Positions 47,894 through 58,321 of a stretch of 64,000 bases of DNA are shown here, piece after piece. How positions within the stretch are numbered: position 1 is the first letter of the stretch; each line of letters begins with the position of its first letter. The position numbers and the translations under genes are program-made. The notes under the pieces were generated by a model that was given only the letters and a program-made list of their open reading frames with translations, was not told the origin of the DNA and did not search any database. The stretch comes from an uncultured Clostridia bacterium. Lineage in GTDB: Bacteria > Bacillota > Clostridia > TANB77 > CAG-508. The stretch is from assembly GCA_948485625.1 (NCBI GenBank), contig CAOMRW010000010.1:25-64024 (forward strand). The letters run 5' to 3'.

Positions 47894-48170
47894 ATGAATA
47901 TCTCCTCATAATTTTATTACTGGGGCTATTATAAAACAGATATGCAAAAATTTAGTTCAGCCCTCTTATATAGTTCAATTTATTCTCTTTACTTTAACAT
48001 AAAATTTTTAATTTATCAACACTTTTAACTTAAATAATAAGAAAATCACACCTAGTTAAATAGTGATTTTTTTGGGATTTTTTAAAAAATGTGCTAATTT
48101 TGTCTATGCAGTAAAATATAATATAAGGTGTATAAAATTGATATCATAATTTATACACCTTACTTTTCTA

Positions 48171-48898
48171 TTATCTTTCTGTAGAATCTTCATAAGTATT
48201 TTCTATATCTATATTCTTAGTCATTATGGATGGTTCGTCAATATCTCCTAAAATAAAAGCATTTCTATGGTTGGCAGTCTCCTGTTTAAGCATTTGTGTT
48301 AATTCTGGTGTAGAACAATAAATTCTTTTTAATTCTTGACTAAAGGCTACTTTATTAAAATTTGGAGCTCTTAAAATATTTTTTAAACTTTCATGTTTTT
48401 CCAAATCTAGTGTTGATGGACACCATGTTAAATCAATTTTATCACCAAATACTTTTTTAAATTGTCTCATTGCTCTACTTCCATGTGTACATGTTGTTAC
48501 AATTATTGCTGATTTGATTTTCATACCTGTTGTTAGTTCTTCTTCAAAAATATTTTTACAAAATTCTGCATTTTCTTGTGTGCTTGTTGACATTGCCTCT
48601 GTTAAAACGTCTTCTGGTTTTACCCCAATTTCGTTAAGAAATTCTTCTGTTAGTATTGATGTATGTTGTTGATAATTTTGCTATTATTCATATATTCTTC
48701 TGATATAGGCTTCATATAACCCTTTATGTCTCTATTGTTTGCTATTCCTCCTGTAAATATTATTTTTTTACTATTCCTAATCTATATAATTCAAAAGCTT
48801 TAATAGCTATTTCTCTAGTAGTAATTTCTATTTCTAAATAATTTTTTAATACTATATTCTTGAGATTCTTATCAAATTCAAATACAGCATATATATCA
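48171..48898 (-). pseudogene. DUF218 (YdcF/ElyC-like) family gene disrupted by a frameshift
   Basis: The listed ORF (…STSTQENAEFCK…) is only the C-terminal part. Upstream in another frame lies …LGIVKKIIFTGGIANNRDIKGYMKPISEEYMNNSKIINNIHQY*, followed after a frame change by LTEEFLNEIGVKPEDVLTEA-MSTSTQEN. No clean start codon was found. Confidence 0.65.
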
Positions 48899-49609
48899 TC
48901 AAATGAAACATTTTTCTTTATATTTAGCACATGATTTCAAAAAACCTTTAAATATCTTATTAATATTTTCATCTTTTTTATATAAATCTTCTGGATGAAA
49001 TCTTAATCCTATATAAAATTCTTTATTTTTTGACTCAATAACATCTGGATAACCATCTTCACAAAAAGCCACTTTTTCTAATTTGGGACAAGTATCTATA
49101 GAATTAGCATGTAAAGAATTTACCATTATTTCATCTTTATTAACTAATTTATAAAATTTAGAATTTTTATCTATTTTAATACTATGTACATAATCTCTTG
49201 AAATATTATGTTTCTCTGGATTAGGTATTTTAAATGATGTCCCCCCTAATGCCTTTGCAATAGCATTTTGTCCAGCACAAATTCCTAATATAGGTATATC
49301 ATTATCATAGCAATACTTTGCAATAATAAACTCGTAATTATCCATTTCTCGTCCACCTTGTAAAATAATACCATCACATAATTGAATTTGAGAAAACAAA
49401 TCATCTTTCTCTTTTTCAGTTAAATCATCTTCCCATACATTATCATTACCTTTATAATGAATTTCATATTGAGTAGGTAAAATTCCTATAGCAATAGCAC
49501 CATTATCAAATATAGCTTGTTTTGTAGCATCAGTCACATAACTTTTTCTACATCCAGTATTTGAGGGATTATGTTTTGAAATTATACCAACAATTATTTT
49601 TTCTTTCAT
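48899..49609 (-). CDS. Class I glutamine amidotransferase-like hydrolase (peptidase C26 / PuuD-like gamma-glutamyl hydrolase)
   Basis: Nucleophile elbow LGICAGQNAIAKALGG and GLRFHPE His/Glu context. The likely start is MKEKIIVGII at 49609. Confidence 0.75.
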   Translation of the reverse strand: MKEKIIVGIISKHNPSNTGCRKSYVTDATKQAIFDNGAIAIGILPTQYEIHYKGNDNVWEDDLTEKEKDDLFSQIQLCDGIILQGGREMDNYEFIIAKYCYDNDIPILGICAGQNAIAKALGGTSFKIPNPEKHNISRDYVHSIKIDKNSKFYKLVNKDEIMVNSLHANSIDTCPKLEKVAFCEDGYPDVIESKNKEFYIGLRFHPEDLYKKDENINKIFKGFLKSCAKYKEKCFI

Positions 49610-49950
49610 TAAATCAATCCTTTCTAATTGTAATAATACTACTAATATTTCTTGTTCAAGTTTTATAGCATTCAAACTACAATCCTATTCAATTATCTTT
49701 TAATCTTGTTTTTCTTCTTTACAATGCTAATCATACCACGCCATTCTTTCTTTTTCAATACTTTTGCCTGGTGTGACGATTTTACTTAATGGAGCGATAT
49801 TCTTACAAGTTACGAACTCTCTTGTTCTCTTTCTAAAGGTATTATATATAATTTATTGTTGAATTTCAATAGAAATATAGAAAATATTGTTCTTTTATAG
49901 TATAATATTTTCAAATTTAGACTTTAATTTATAGGTGGTGATTATATATA

Positions 49951-52900
49951 ATGGATGAACAACTAAAGGATAAAATATATAAAATATTAAATGAATTGCC
50001 AGATGAAAATTCATGGCTTGACTATAAGGAAATTCCTTACGAAAAAAATAAAAGAGCAGATTTTATTATAGATTTATGTGGCTTTTTAAATTCAAAAGAA
50101 AGTCATGGAAAAGATAAATTTATTATATTTGGAATTAGAAATAAAACAAAGGAAACATTTGGTATAAAATCAAAACCAATGCAAGATGATGAGTATTATC
50201 AACAATTAGCAGATATTATACAACCCAGACCATCTATTGAAACAGGTACTATCAATTTTAAAATAAAAAATAATGAAATATTGTTTGGATATATTTGGAT
50301 ACCAAAAGAAAATAATAATAGAGTATATTCAATAGCTAAAACTTATCCAGAAATAAAAAGAGGACAAAAAGAATCAATTAGTGACGAAATAAAATCTATA
50401 GTATATGCTTCTACATCATATATTAGAAAGGGAAGTTGCAATTATCCATTATCAGAATATGACCGACGTGAAATATATGAAATGGATAGAGAAAATAGTA
50501 TTAATATTACCACAATGCCACCAATATATTATAATCTTAATACTTCAGGTGAAAATGATAAGATATTAAAAGCCTCAATTATCTTTGGTGGGTGGGATGA
50601 AGAAAATGAAAATGATAAAAATGTTATAAGTAATTTTATTGGCAAACCATACGAAGAATGGATTTTACTACTAAGAACAATGCTTAAAGATGAAAATAAC
50701 ATTTTAGAATTTAAAAATAATAAATGGAAAATAAAGAATAGAGACTATAGTATAAAAAAGTATGCACCATATTTTTTTAAAGATGAATTGGACTTATTTA
50801 AAACATTTGCTATAAATATTCTTTCAGAGAGAAATCCAAAATTTGATTTAGAATCAGACAAAAGATTTATGGCAAATATTTATAAAAAGAATACAAAATA
50901 TTCGGAGTTTCTTAGAAAATCTGTTGCTGAAGTTCTGCCGATTATAACATCAAATTATAAGGAATTTAAAAATTGTAAAAATGATGCTGCTAATTTACCT
51001 TTAATTGTTGTTAGAAAGGTTTTAGAAAATAACGATTGGGAAATCTGGGCAAGCATAGATAAACTTTTACCTTTATTAGCAGAAGCTGCTCCTGAAGAAT
51101 TTCTAAATCAACTAGAAGATAAACTAATAAATAATGTTGAAACAATTAGAAAAATGTTTAGCGAAAATGAGTATTATGTTAGTACTTATAATTATTCTAC
51201 TGGGTTATATTGGGCTTTAGAATTAATTGCATGGGAATCTAGAAACTTGATTGAAGTATGTATGCTACTATGTAAAATATCGGCTTTTGATAAAAAAGCC
51301 ATAGAATATATAGCGAATATTATACTACCATGGTATCCTCAAACAAAAGCACCTATTGAAAATAGAATGTTGGTAGTTAAAAATATATTAAAAGAGAGTC
51401 CAGATACTGGGTGGGAACTTTTAAAAAACTTAATGCCTGGTAAAATAACCATAGCAATGCCATCTTACAAACCAAAATGGAACAATACTATTGAAGAAAA
51501 TGAAAATAAGGTTATTCAAAGTGATTATTGGGAACAAATCAATACATATATTGATTTAGCAATTACTAATTCCAAAACAAATACTAAAAAATTATGTGAT
51601 TTAATTGATATAATTGATAATGTTCCAAAAGATTTGTTTAATAAATTAATTAACAAATTATCTAGTACTGAAATTAAAAAAATTAATGAGAACAGAAAAT
51701 TTGTTATTTGGAATCATCTAGAGGACTTAATTATATGGCATAAAAGGACTGAAAAGTCTAAAAATTCATTACCAGAGGAAGCAATAAACAAACTTGAATT
51801 ACTATCATCTGATTTAAAGCCTAATAGCATACTGATATTTGCCAAAAGATATTTTAGAAAAGATACATGGCACTTAATAGATGACAGAACAGATTATACA
51901 ATTGGTGAGAAAAAATTACATGAACTGCAAATAAAATTAGTACAAGACATAATATCATTAGGAGATGAAAAAATTATTAATTTTTCTAAAACTGTTGAAG
52001 ATTCGTATATAGTTGGGGTTTGTGTGGCTGAACTTAAGGCTGAAAAACAATTAGAAAAACAAATACTTAATTGCTTAGAAAATAAAAATGCTAATTTAAT
52101 AGAATTTAGTAAAGGATATGTGTATAAACAGTTTTCTTTAAAGGGTTATCCTTGGATAAATGAATTAGGTATTTCAGATTGGAATAAACTTAAAAGAATG
52201 AATTTGCTATTAGTATTACCATGTACTAGAGAAACCTTTAACTTAGTTGAAGAGGTAATTGAAAAAAATGAATCTGATTATTGGAAAAAAGTAGATATAA
52301 GATTCGTAACAAATATTGAAGAATTAAATTATGCTATAGAAAAATTATTATGTGTTGGACGACCTGATAGAGCATTGTGGATATTAACATCAATGATTCA
52401 TGAAGATAAAAATTGTGATTATAATAAAGAGCTTGCCATAAAATGCTTAAAAGAAATGCTCCATTATCAAGAAAAAATTAATAATATGGAATCATATGAT
52501 ATTACTCAAGTAATTAGCAATTTACAAGAATCTAATGTTTCAAAAGACGAATTGTTTAATATTGAGTGGATATATTTACCATTATTAAATGGTGAAGAAT
52601 ATCGTCCTAAGACTATTGAACAGGCTCTTGCTAACGATCCAAGTGTATATAATGACATATTATGCCTTGCCTATAAGCCACACTCATTAGAGACAAATCC
52701 TCAAAAAGTAGATGAAAAAGTTGCAATTAATGCATATAGATTATTAGAACAATGGAATTTAGTACCAGGTCTCGAGAATGGCATAATAAATAAAAAGAAA
52801 TTAAATATCTGGTATAACCAGATGGTAGAAATCTGTACAGAATCAGATAGACTTGAAGTCGCATTATCTAACTTTGGAAAAGTTCTATTTCATTCACCAA

Positions 52901-53190
52901 AAAATAAAGATGGATTTTGGATTGATAAAAATGTGGCAGAGATTTTAAACATGGAAAATGCAGATATAATAAGAAATGGATTTCATATTGAAGCTTATAA
53001 TTCTCTTGGTGTTATAAATTATGATTCTGAAGGAAGTGTTTTTGAAAGTAAAGCATTAGAATATAATCAGAAAGCAGAAGAATCTGACAAAGAAGGATTC
53101 TATAGACTAGCAAAAGAAATGCGAAAACTAGCAAATACATATAAGTATAAAGCTGAAAATACAAGAGAGCATTACTTTGATTATGAATAA
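49951..53190 (+). CDS. Large (1079 aa) protein: N-terminal AlbA_2/Schlafen-like domain followed by about 900 aa of alpha-helical repeat-like sequence
   Basis: N-terminus ENSWLDYKEIPYEKNKRADFIIDLCGFLNSKESHGKDKFIIFGIRNKTKETFGI resembles the AlbA_2 (divergent AAA/Schlafen) signature E..L[DE][FY]K…A[FL].N…GG.I.[FI]G[IV]. No Walker motifs were seen. RBS ataggtggtg. Confidence 0.6.
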   Translation: MDEQLKDKIYKILNELPDENSWLDYKEIPYEKNKRADFIIDLCGFLNSKESHGKDKFIIFGIRNKTKETFGIKSKPMQDDEYYQQLADIIQPRPSIETGTINFKIKNNEILFGYIWIPKENNNRVYSIAKTYPEIKRGQKESISDEIKSIVYASTSYIRKGSCNYPLSEYDRREIYEMDRENSINITTMPPIYYNLNTSGENDKILKASIIFGGWDEENENDKNVISNFIGKPYEEWILLLRTMLKDENNILEFKNNKWKIKNRDYSIKKYAPYFFKDELDLFKTFAINILSERNPKFDLESDKRFMANIYKKNTKYSEFLRKSVAEVLPIITSNYKEFKNCKNDAANLPLIVVRKVLENNDWEIWASIDKLLPLLAEAAPEEFLNQLEDKLINNVETIRKMFSENEYYVSTYNYSTGLYWALELIAWESRNLIEVCMLLCKISAFDKKAIEYIANIILPWYPQTKAPIENRMLVVKNILKESPDTGWELLKNLMPGKITIAMPSYKPKWNNTIEENENKVIQSDYWEQINTYIDLAITNSKTNTKKLCDLIDIIDNVPKDLFNKLINKLSSTEIKKINENRKFVIWNHLEDLIIWHKRTEKSKNSLPEEAINKLELLSSDLKPNSILIFAKRYFRKDTWHLIDDRTDYTIGEKKLHELQIKLVQDIISLGDEKIINFSKTVEDSYIVGVCVAELKAEKQLEKQILNCLENKNANLIEFSKGYVYKQFSLKGYPWINELGISDWNKLKRMNLLLVLPCTRETFNLVEEVIEKNESDYWKKVDIRFVTNIEELNYAIEKLLCVGRPDRALWILTSMIHEDKNCDYNKELAIKCLKEMLHYQEKINNMESYDITQVISNLQESNVSKDELFNIEWIYLPLLNGEEYRPKTIEQALANDPSVYNDILCLAYKPHSLETNPQKVDEKVAINAYRLLEQWNLVPGLENGIINKKKLNIWYNQMVEICTESDRLEVALSNFGKVLFHSPKNKDGFWIDKNVAEILNMENADIIRNGFHIEAYNSLGVINYDSEGSVFESKALEYNQKAEESDKEGFYRLAKEMRKLANTYKYKAENTREHYFDYE

Positions 53191-53208
53191 AAAAGGAGAA
53201 AACTAGCA

Positions 53209-53853
53209 ATGGAAATTATTAAAACTATAGATTTATGGACAGAACAACACAATAACCATTATGAATGTTTTAATGGCGCTTTTGTAGATGGATTTGAAAA
53301 TAATAAAGCTCCATTTGATACATATAAAATTATTAAAAATTGTAATTGTATAATAACAGTTAATAATCCAGATGTTAATATTAACAACAAGCATAATGCT
53401 ATTATTTTTTATAAAAATAGTAGACCAGTTAGATTAGTTGTTATAAATAAAAATACAGATATTGATAAATGCATAAAAGTAGCACTAGAGCAATATTTTG
53501 AAAATTCTATATTGAAAGATTACTATGTCAAATATAATATAAAGTCATCTATTATAGATATGAAAGAAGAATCAATTTTTAAAATAACTGATAACACTAA
53601 AGTAGAAACAGATGTAGGATCTTGTGATAGATGGAAACTTTTATATAATATGCTAAAAGGTAGCTATACAGAAAGTAATACTTCTTATGGAAATTTTGAA
53701 AGTGATAGATATGAATTTATGCCTAATTTGTTTATAAAATATGAACTTAATACAGACACTGAAAAGTTTGAAATAGAGCATAAATGTGCGTTTATAAATA
53801 CTTTAAAGACTAGATTAATACCTATACAAGAGAATTCACCATTAACTAAATAA
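53209..53853 (+). CDS. Hypothetical protein (214 aa), orphan
   Basis: The ORF begins 18 nt after the upstream stop, with RBS aaaggag. No recognisable domain. Confidence 0.55.
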   Translation: MEIIKTIDLWTEQHNNHYECFNGAFVDGFENNKAPFDTYKIIKNCNCIITVNNPDVNINNKHNAIIFYKNSRPVRLVVINKNTDIDKCIKVALEQYFENSILKDYYVKYNIKSSIIDMKEESIFKITDNTKVETDVGSCDRWKLLYNMLKGSYTESNTSYGNFESDRYEFMPNLFIKYELNTDTEKFEIEHKCAFINTLKTRLIPIQENSPLTK

Positions 53854-53874
53854 GTTTGAAAGGAATTTGTTGAT

Positions 53875-54858
53875 ATGTTAGAAGAATTTTATGAGAGAAT
53901 AAGTCTTAAATCAGAATTATCTGATTTATCAAAAATGATATGTGAAAAATATAATTTAGGTCAATATATATCAGAAGAAATCATATTAGTAGGATATGAA
54001 GATTTTAACTTTATATTGACGACTGATATTGGCAAATTTTGTGTAAAAGTATTTAACAAAGAAAGAACTTATGAGGATGTAAAAAAGTATATTGATAGAA
54101 TAGAATTAGCAAATTCACTTAATATTAATACTCCAAAAGTATATAATTGTGATAATAGTACATTATGCGAAATAGTATTGAATGATACAAAGTTTAGATT
54201 ATGCGTATTTCAATATATAGATGGAAAGAGTTTTTATGATTTAAACGAAATACCAACTGAAACAGAAATTAAAAATATTATTGAGCAAATGGCTCATATT
54301 CATAATGCAAAATTAGAATCTGATTTCATCTATGATAAATGGACAATAACAAATTTTGTAAAGGAGTATGCAGAAAAAGGAAAATATTTAGATAATAAAT
54401 ACAATAAAATTTTTGAGTCTTTAGTCCATAAAATTGCAAGTGTAAAATTTGAAGAACTACCTACATCTTTTGTTCATGGGGATATTATTAGTTCAAATGT
54501 TATGAAAGATAGCCGTCATAAACTATGGATTATAGATTTTGCAGTATCTAACTATTTACCTAGAATTGTTGATTTAGCTGTAACTTCTTGTAATTTATGT
54601 CTAAATCCTGAAAGTATTGATAAAACAATAGAAAGTACAAAAATGATATTAGCTGAATATCAAAAGTATAATAAATTGACTGATTATGAATTAGTATGTT
54701 TTCCGCTATTTTACGATCTTGCTAATGCAATGGGAATACTACAAATTAGTTATTTAAATAGTCTTGGAGAAACATCAGAAGAAGATGCTTTTTGGCTATC
54801 TGAAAGTGAAAAAGGATTAAGTTTTAGTACGCCTGATTTTTGGAAAAATATTCTTTAA
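53875..54858 (+). CDS. Phosphotransferase-family (APH/choline-kinase fold) kinase-like protein
   Basis: Brenner-type catalytic loop FVHGDIISSNVM and the following WIIDFAVSN (DFG-equivalent). N-lobe FCVKVF lysine context. Confidence 0.75.
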   Translation: MLEEFYERISLKSELSDLSKMICEKYNLGQYISEEIILVGYEDFNFILTTDIGKFCVKVFNKERTYEDVKKYIDRIELANSLNINTPKVYNCDNSTLCEIVLNDTKFRLCVFQYIDGKSFYDLNEIPTETEIKNIIEQMAHIHNAKLESDFIYDKWTITNFVKEYAEKGKYLDNKYNKIFESLVHKIASVKFEELPTSFVHGDIISSNVMKDSRHKLWIIDFAVSNYLPRIVDLAVTSCNLCLNPESIDKTIESTKMILAEYQKYNKLTDYELVCFPLFYDLANAMGILQISYLNSLGETSEEDAFWLSESEKGLSFSTPDFWKNIL

Positions 54859-54924
54859 TATATAATTATTAAAAGAAGACAATATTACAATTATAACCAA
54901 TTGCATTATTGTCTTTTTATGTAT

Positions 54925-55818
54925 TTACAAATTTATAATTTTTTCTATAATTTCTATATCTTCAATTTTATTGATTGCAAAACATTTTTTGCCTAAATCC
55001 TTTATAGAAGCTCCTAGATGGTACATTTCTTTATTGTCTATTACAATAAATCTATCGTGAAATTTATTAGTTTTAGCAACTTTAAGAATAGGATATTCTT
55101 TATTGAATTTTTTTATATCTAAATTTTCAATATTACTTTTGTCAGATGTTAGGATAACAACTTCTACATTGCTTTTCTTTTTAGCTAACATTTTCAAAAC
55201 ACTATCATCAATATAATTATCTATAATTAAGATTTTCTTATTTGCTTTTTTAATAATATCTATTATTATGCTATATGCATCATATATTTGACCATCAAAA
55301 AATATTCTTTGTTTGATATTTTCTTCCAGTTGAAGTTGATTAAAGACTTCGTCAAATTTTTTATCATGTTCTAATAATTTATGTTCTACACTAGTCAGTC
55401 TTTCAAATACTTGTCCATTAATCATTAAAAATTTTCGCATTTCAATAAATGCTTTCATAATATTTACACTAACACTTACTGCGATATCACTTTTTAACAA
55501 AGCTGATAACATTGCTATACCTTGTTCAGTAAATACATAAGGTATATATTTTCTATGTTGTCCTCTTCCATTTTCGTTTAAGGTGACAAATTGGCACCTT
55601 AAAGATTCAAATTCATTTTCATTCAATTGAAAACAAAATTCTTCTGGAAATCGCTCTATATTTCTTTTTACCACACGATTTACATATTTAGTCTCACAAT
55701 GGTATATATTTGCCACATCACTATCTAGCATAACCTGTTTACCTCTTATTGTGTATATTAAGTTTTTTATATCTTCGATAGTCAATTCATTTTGAATTGC
55801 CAATTTATTTTCTTCCAT
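54925..55818 (-). CDS. ORF6N (KilA-N-like) domain DNA-binding protein
   Basis: IYTIRGKQVMLDSDVANIYHCETKYVNRVVKRNIERFPEEFCFQL…QHRKYIPYVFTEQGIAMLSALLKSD is the canonical ORF6N block. The C-terminus carries FHDRFIVIDNKEMYHLGASIKDLGKKCF. The likely start is MEENKLAIQ at 55818. Confidence 0.8.
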   Translation of the reverse strand: MEENKLAIQNELTIEDIKNLIYTIRGKQVMLDSDVANIYHCETKYVNRVVKRNIERFPEEFCFQLNENEFESLRCQFVTLNENGRGQHRKYIPYVFTEQGIAMLSALLKSDIAVSVSVNIMKAFIEMRKFLMINGQVFERLTSVEHKLLEHDKKFDEVFNQLQLEENIKQRIFFDGQIYDAYSIIIDIIKKANKKILIIDNYIDDSVLKMLAKKKSNVEVVILTSDKSNIENLDIKKFNKEYPILKVAKTNKFHDRFIVIDNKEMYHLGASIKDLGKKCFAINKIEDIEIIEKIINL

Positions 55819-55849
55819 GATTTCACATCCTTTTCTTACTCTATACATT

Positions 55850-56197
55850 CTAAAACATTTGTTCTTCAATGTCAAGACTTTTACAATTTTTAATATTAAA
55901 ATTTATACTATTGAAAAGATACAATGCAACTTTATTTTGCTGTGCTGAATCCATTTCCATAATTTTAGAGGAAACAAAAATTGTATAAGGATAGTTTGCA
56001 AAGTTAACAGTAGTAGTTCTGTATTCTATATTAATTCCTTTTAGCAAGTTATCAAAATATTTATACATTTCTTTTTTATCATATTCTAAATTAGTATGAC
56101 TGTAATTATCACACATACATATTGCTAATCTTAATTTATTTTCTACATCCATATCTTTTATTATATCTATTACATAATTTAATTTTTCATCATTCAT
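55850..56197 (-). CDS. Hypothetical protein (115 aa)
   Basis: ORF only. It sits upstream of, and is co-oriented with, the ORF6N gene. Confidence 0.45.
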   Translation of the reverse strand: MNDEKLNYVIDIIKDMDVENKLRLAICMCDNYSHTNLEYDKKEMYKYFDNLLKGINIEYRTTTVNFANYPYTIFVSSKIMEMDSAQQNKVALYLFNSINFNIKNCKSLDIEEQMF

Positions 56198-56281
56198 ATT
56201 TTTTAGTTCCTTTCAATTTTTACTTTTTGGGGTATGGGCTGTAAAACCCATATTGAAATTTGTGCAAGAGTACAAATTCAT

Positions 56282-56342
56282 TGCTTGCTGGGACACAAAT
56301 TTTGCATTTGGCGTATACACAAATGCAGTGCTTGCTGGGACA
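56282..56342. repeat. Direct repeats TGCTTGCTGGGACA (x2, 47 bp apart) flanking an 8-bp-stem palindrome, in a GC-enriched spacer
   Basis: 56282-56295 and 56329-56342 are identical. TGCATTTG…CAAATGCA lies at 56303-56327. Additional small palindromes lie at 56231-56280. Confidence 0.8.
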
Positions 56343-56399
56343 AGGATTTGCAAATTCCAAAATATTGCATTTTTTCTTGTGCCATTTTTGACTTCATTT

Positions 56400-58184
56400 T
56401 TATAAAAATTCTGATGGGATCCTTGGTATTAATGTTAAGTAATCTACTATATTTTCGTTTTCAATATAAGGACAATTTATAATTCCACCATCATAAAAGT
56501 TTTGTTTTAGTAGTTCATTATATATTACTAAAGTAGCATTATCGTACTCGTTATTTGCAATTTTTGTATTAGAAAACACAAAATAATCTTCTTGTAATTT
56601 TTCTAATTCTTGTTTGTTAATTGCTTCTTTATAATGAAATCCAACATTATTATTTTTCAGTATTTCATATAAATAATTGATGTAGTCTGTACTAATTTTT
56701 GATATAAATTCTTCTGTGAATTTTATATTTGTTATTTCAATATTGTAGTTTTTATCTCTTTTAATTTCGATGCAATCTATTAACCTTTTAATCAATTCTT
56801 TCTTTGATTTTCTATTTAAACTCTCAAAAATAAATGAAAAACTTAATTTGTTTGTGAAAATAAATTCATCATTTTCGGTAGAATAATCTAATTTTTTTAA
56901 TAGTTCTATTGTATATTCTTTAAAGTCATTATTAGGATCAATTTGCTTTCTTTTCTTATTTAAGTTTTCTATTTCTTTCTTGATACTATCATTTTTATTG
57001 TTAATAATTTCAACATTTAAAGTAGAATCTAAATATAAATCTACTAATTTTTTCTCTTGCATTTTTAGCTTGTCAATAGCTTTTTCTATATCTTTAATAT
57101 CCTTTGTTTTGGTTGAATTACATACTATAATTTCATTATCCATATCATACATATACCTTGTTAATTCATTTAAAACTCTCGACAATTTCTCCTCAATTTT
57201 ATCTGAACTATAATGTATTCCTTTTGATTTGCAATTAGGATTTTTGCAAGTTAAATGATAATATACTTTTTCTTTTGGTGTTCCACTATATTTAAAAGAG
57301 TTAGTAGAAGATAAAATCTTGCTACAAGTAGGACATCTCACAATACCAGTAAATAAGTGAATATGCTCTCCATAATTTGAATGCTTATTTCTTTCTAAAA
57401 CTTTCCTTGTAATATTCCATGTTTCTATATCTATAATTGGCTCGCAATAGTTTTCGACTCTTAATATATCTTGTGGTTTTCTACAATATTTACCATATTC
57501 AAATATGCCAATATAAATAGACTTAGTTAGTATTTTGTAAACTCTATCACTTGTCCATTTACCTTGTTTTAGATAAGAATTGTTATCTCTCATAGTTGTT
57601 GCAATGCTTCTTGTAGAATTTCCCTGCTTACATAGTTCAAATATTTCTTTAACTACTTGTGCTTCAATAGACTCTATTTCTAAATGACCTGTTTCACTAT
57701 TTCTAATATAGCCATAAGGTGCTTTAGCTGGGTGCACCTTTTCAAGAGCCATTTCTTCCATAGCACGTTTGGTTCTTGCTCCAATTTCTTTTCGTTCTCT
57801 TTGCCCAAATACTAAATTCATTCCAAATATCATTTCACCATTAGCAGTAGACACATCATAAGGTTCTAATATTAACTCTATTTTGACATCATGTTCCTCA
57901 CAATAGTTTAAAAGCCAAAAACCGTCATAATTATTTCTTGTTAATCTATCTACTTTGATAGCAACTATTACTTCGATTTTGTGCGATTTGATATCTTTTA
58001 GTAATCTTTGCATTTCTGGTCTCATTAAGTCTTTTCCAGAATGCCCTGCATCATTGTATACATCTACAATATCATAATTGTTTTTCTCACAATATTCTTT
58101 TATCATTCGTAGTTGTGAATCAATAGAATAGCCATTATCTCTTTGGTCATCTGTTGATACTCTTACATAAACTCCACATCTCAT
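56400..58184 (-). CDS. Large serine recombinase (resolvase catalytic domain + recombinase domain + zinc ribbon + coiled coil)
   Basis: N-terminus RCGVYVRVSTDDQRDNGYSIDSQ (catalytic Ser), …VAIKVDRLTRN, recombinase domain, Cys cluster CPTCSKIL…CKNPNCKS. 594 aa. Confidence 0.9.
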   Translation of the reverse strand: MRCGVYVRVSTDDQRDNGYSIDSQLRMIKEYCEKNNYDIVDVYNDAGHSGKDLMRPEMQRLLKDIKSHKIEVIVAIKVDRLTRNNYDGFWLLNYCEEHDVKIELILEPYDVSTANGEMIFGMNLVFGQRERKEIGARTKRAMEEMALEKVHPAKAPYGYIRNSETGHLEIESIEAQVVKEIFELCKQGNSTRSIATTMRDNNSYLKQGKWTSDRVYKILTKSIYIGIFEYGKYCRKPQDILRVENYCEPIIDIETWNITRKVLERNKHSNYGEHIHLFTGIVRCPTCSKILSSTNSFKYSGTPKEKVYYHLTCKNPNCKSKGIHYSSDKIEEKLSRVLNELTRYMYDMDNEIIVCNSTKTKDIKDIEKAIDKLKMQEKKLVDLYLDSTLNVEIINNKNDSIKKEIENLNKKRKQIDPNNDFKEYTIELLKKLDYSTENDEFIFTNKLSFSFIFESLNRKSKKELIKRLIDCIEIKRDKNYNIEITNIKFTEEFISKISTDYINYLYEILKNNNVGFHYKEAINKQELEKLQEDYFVFSNTKIANNEYDNATLVIYNELLKQNFYDGGIINCPYIENENIVDYLTLIPRIPSEFL

Positions 58185-58321
58185 AAAATTACCTCCTACT
58201 TTACCTGTGAATTTTTTAAGGTTTTGTATACCAAAATTTTAAAAAAACTTAAAAAAATTTTATCTTTCTATATGTTTGCTCAGAAAAGTACGTTTTCGCA
58301 CCCCTAATTTAGGAAAAAAAC

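Noticed and set aside
56234-56482. 82-aa Cys-rich plus-strand ORF (MGCKTHIEICARVQIHC…)
   Set aside because: The Cys richness comes from the tgc-containing DNA repeats in the spacer. The ORF runs into the 3' end of the recombinase gene on the opposite strand and has no RBS. The DNA repeats, not a peptide, are the likely signal.
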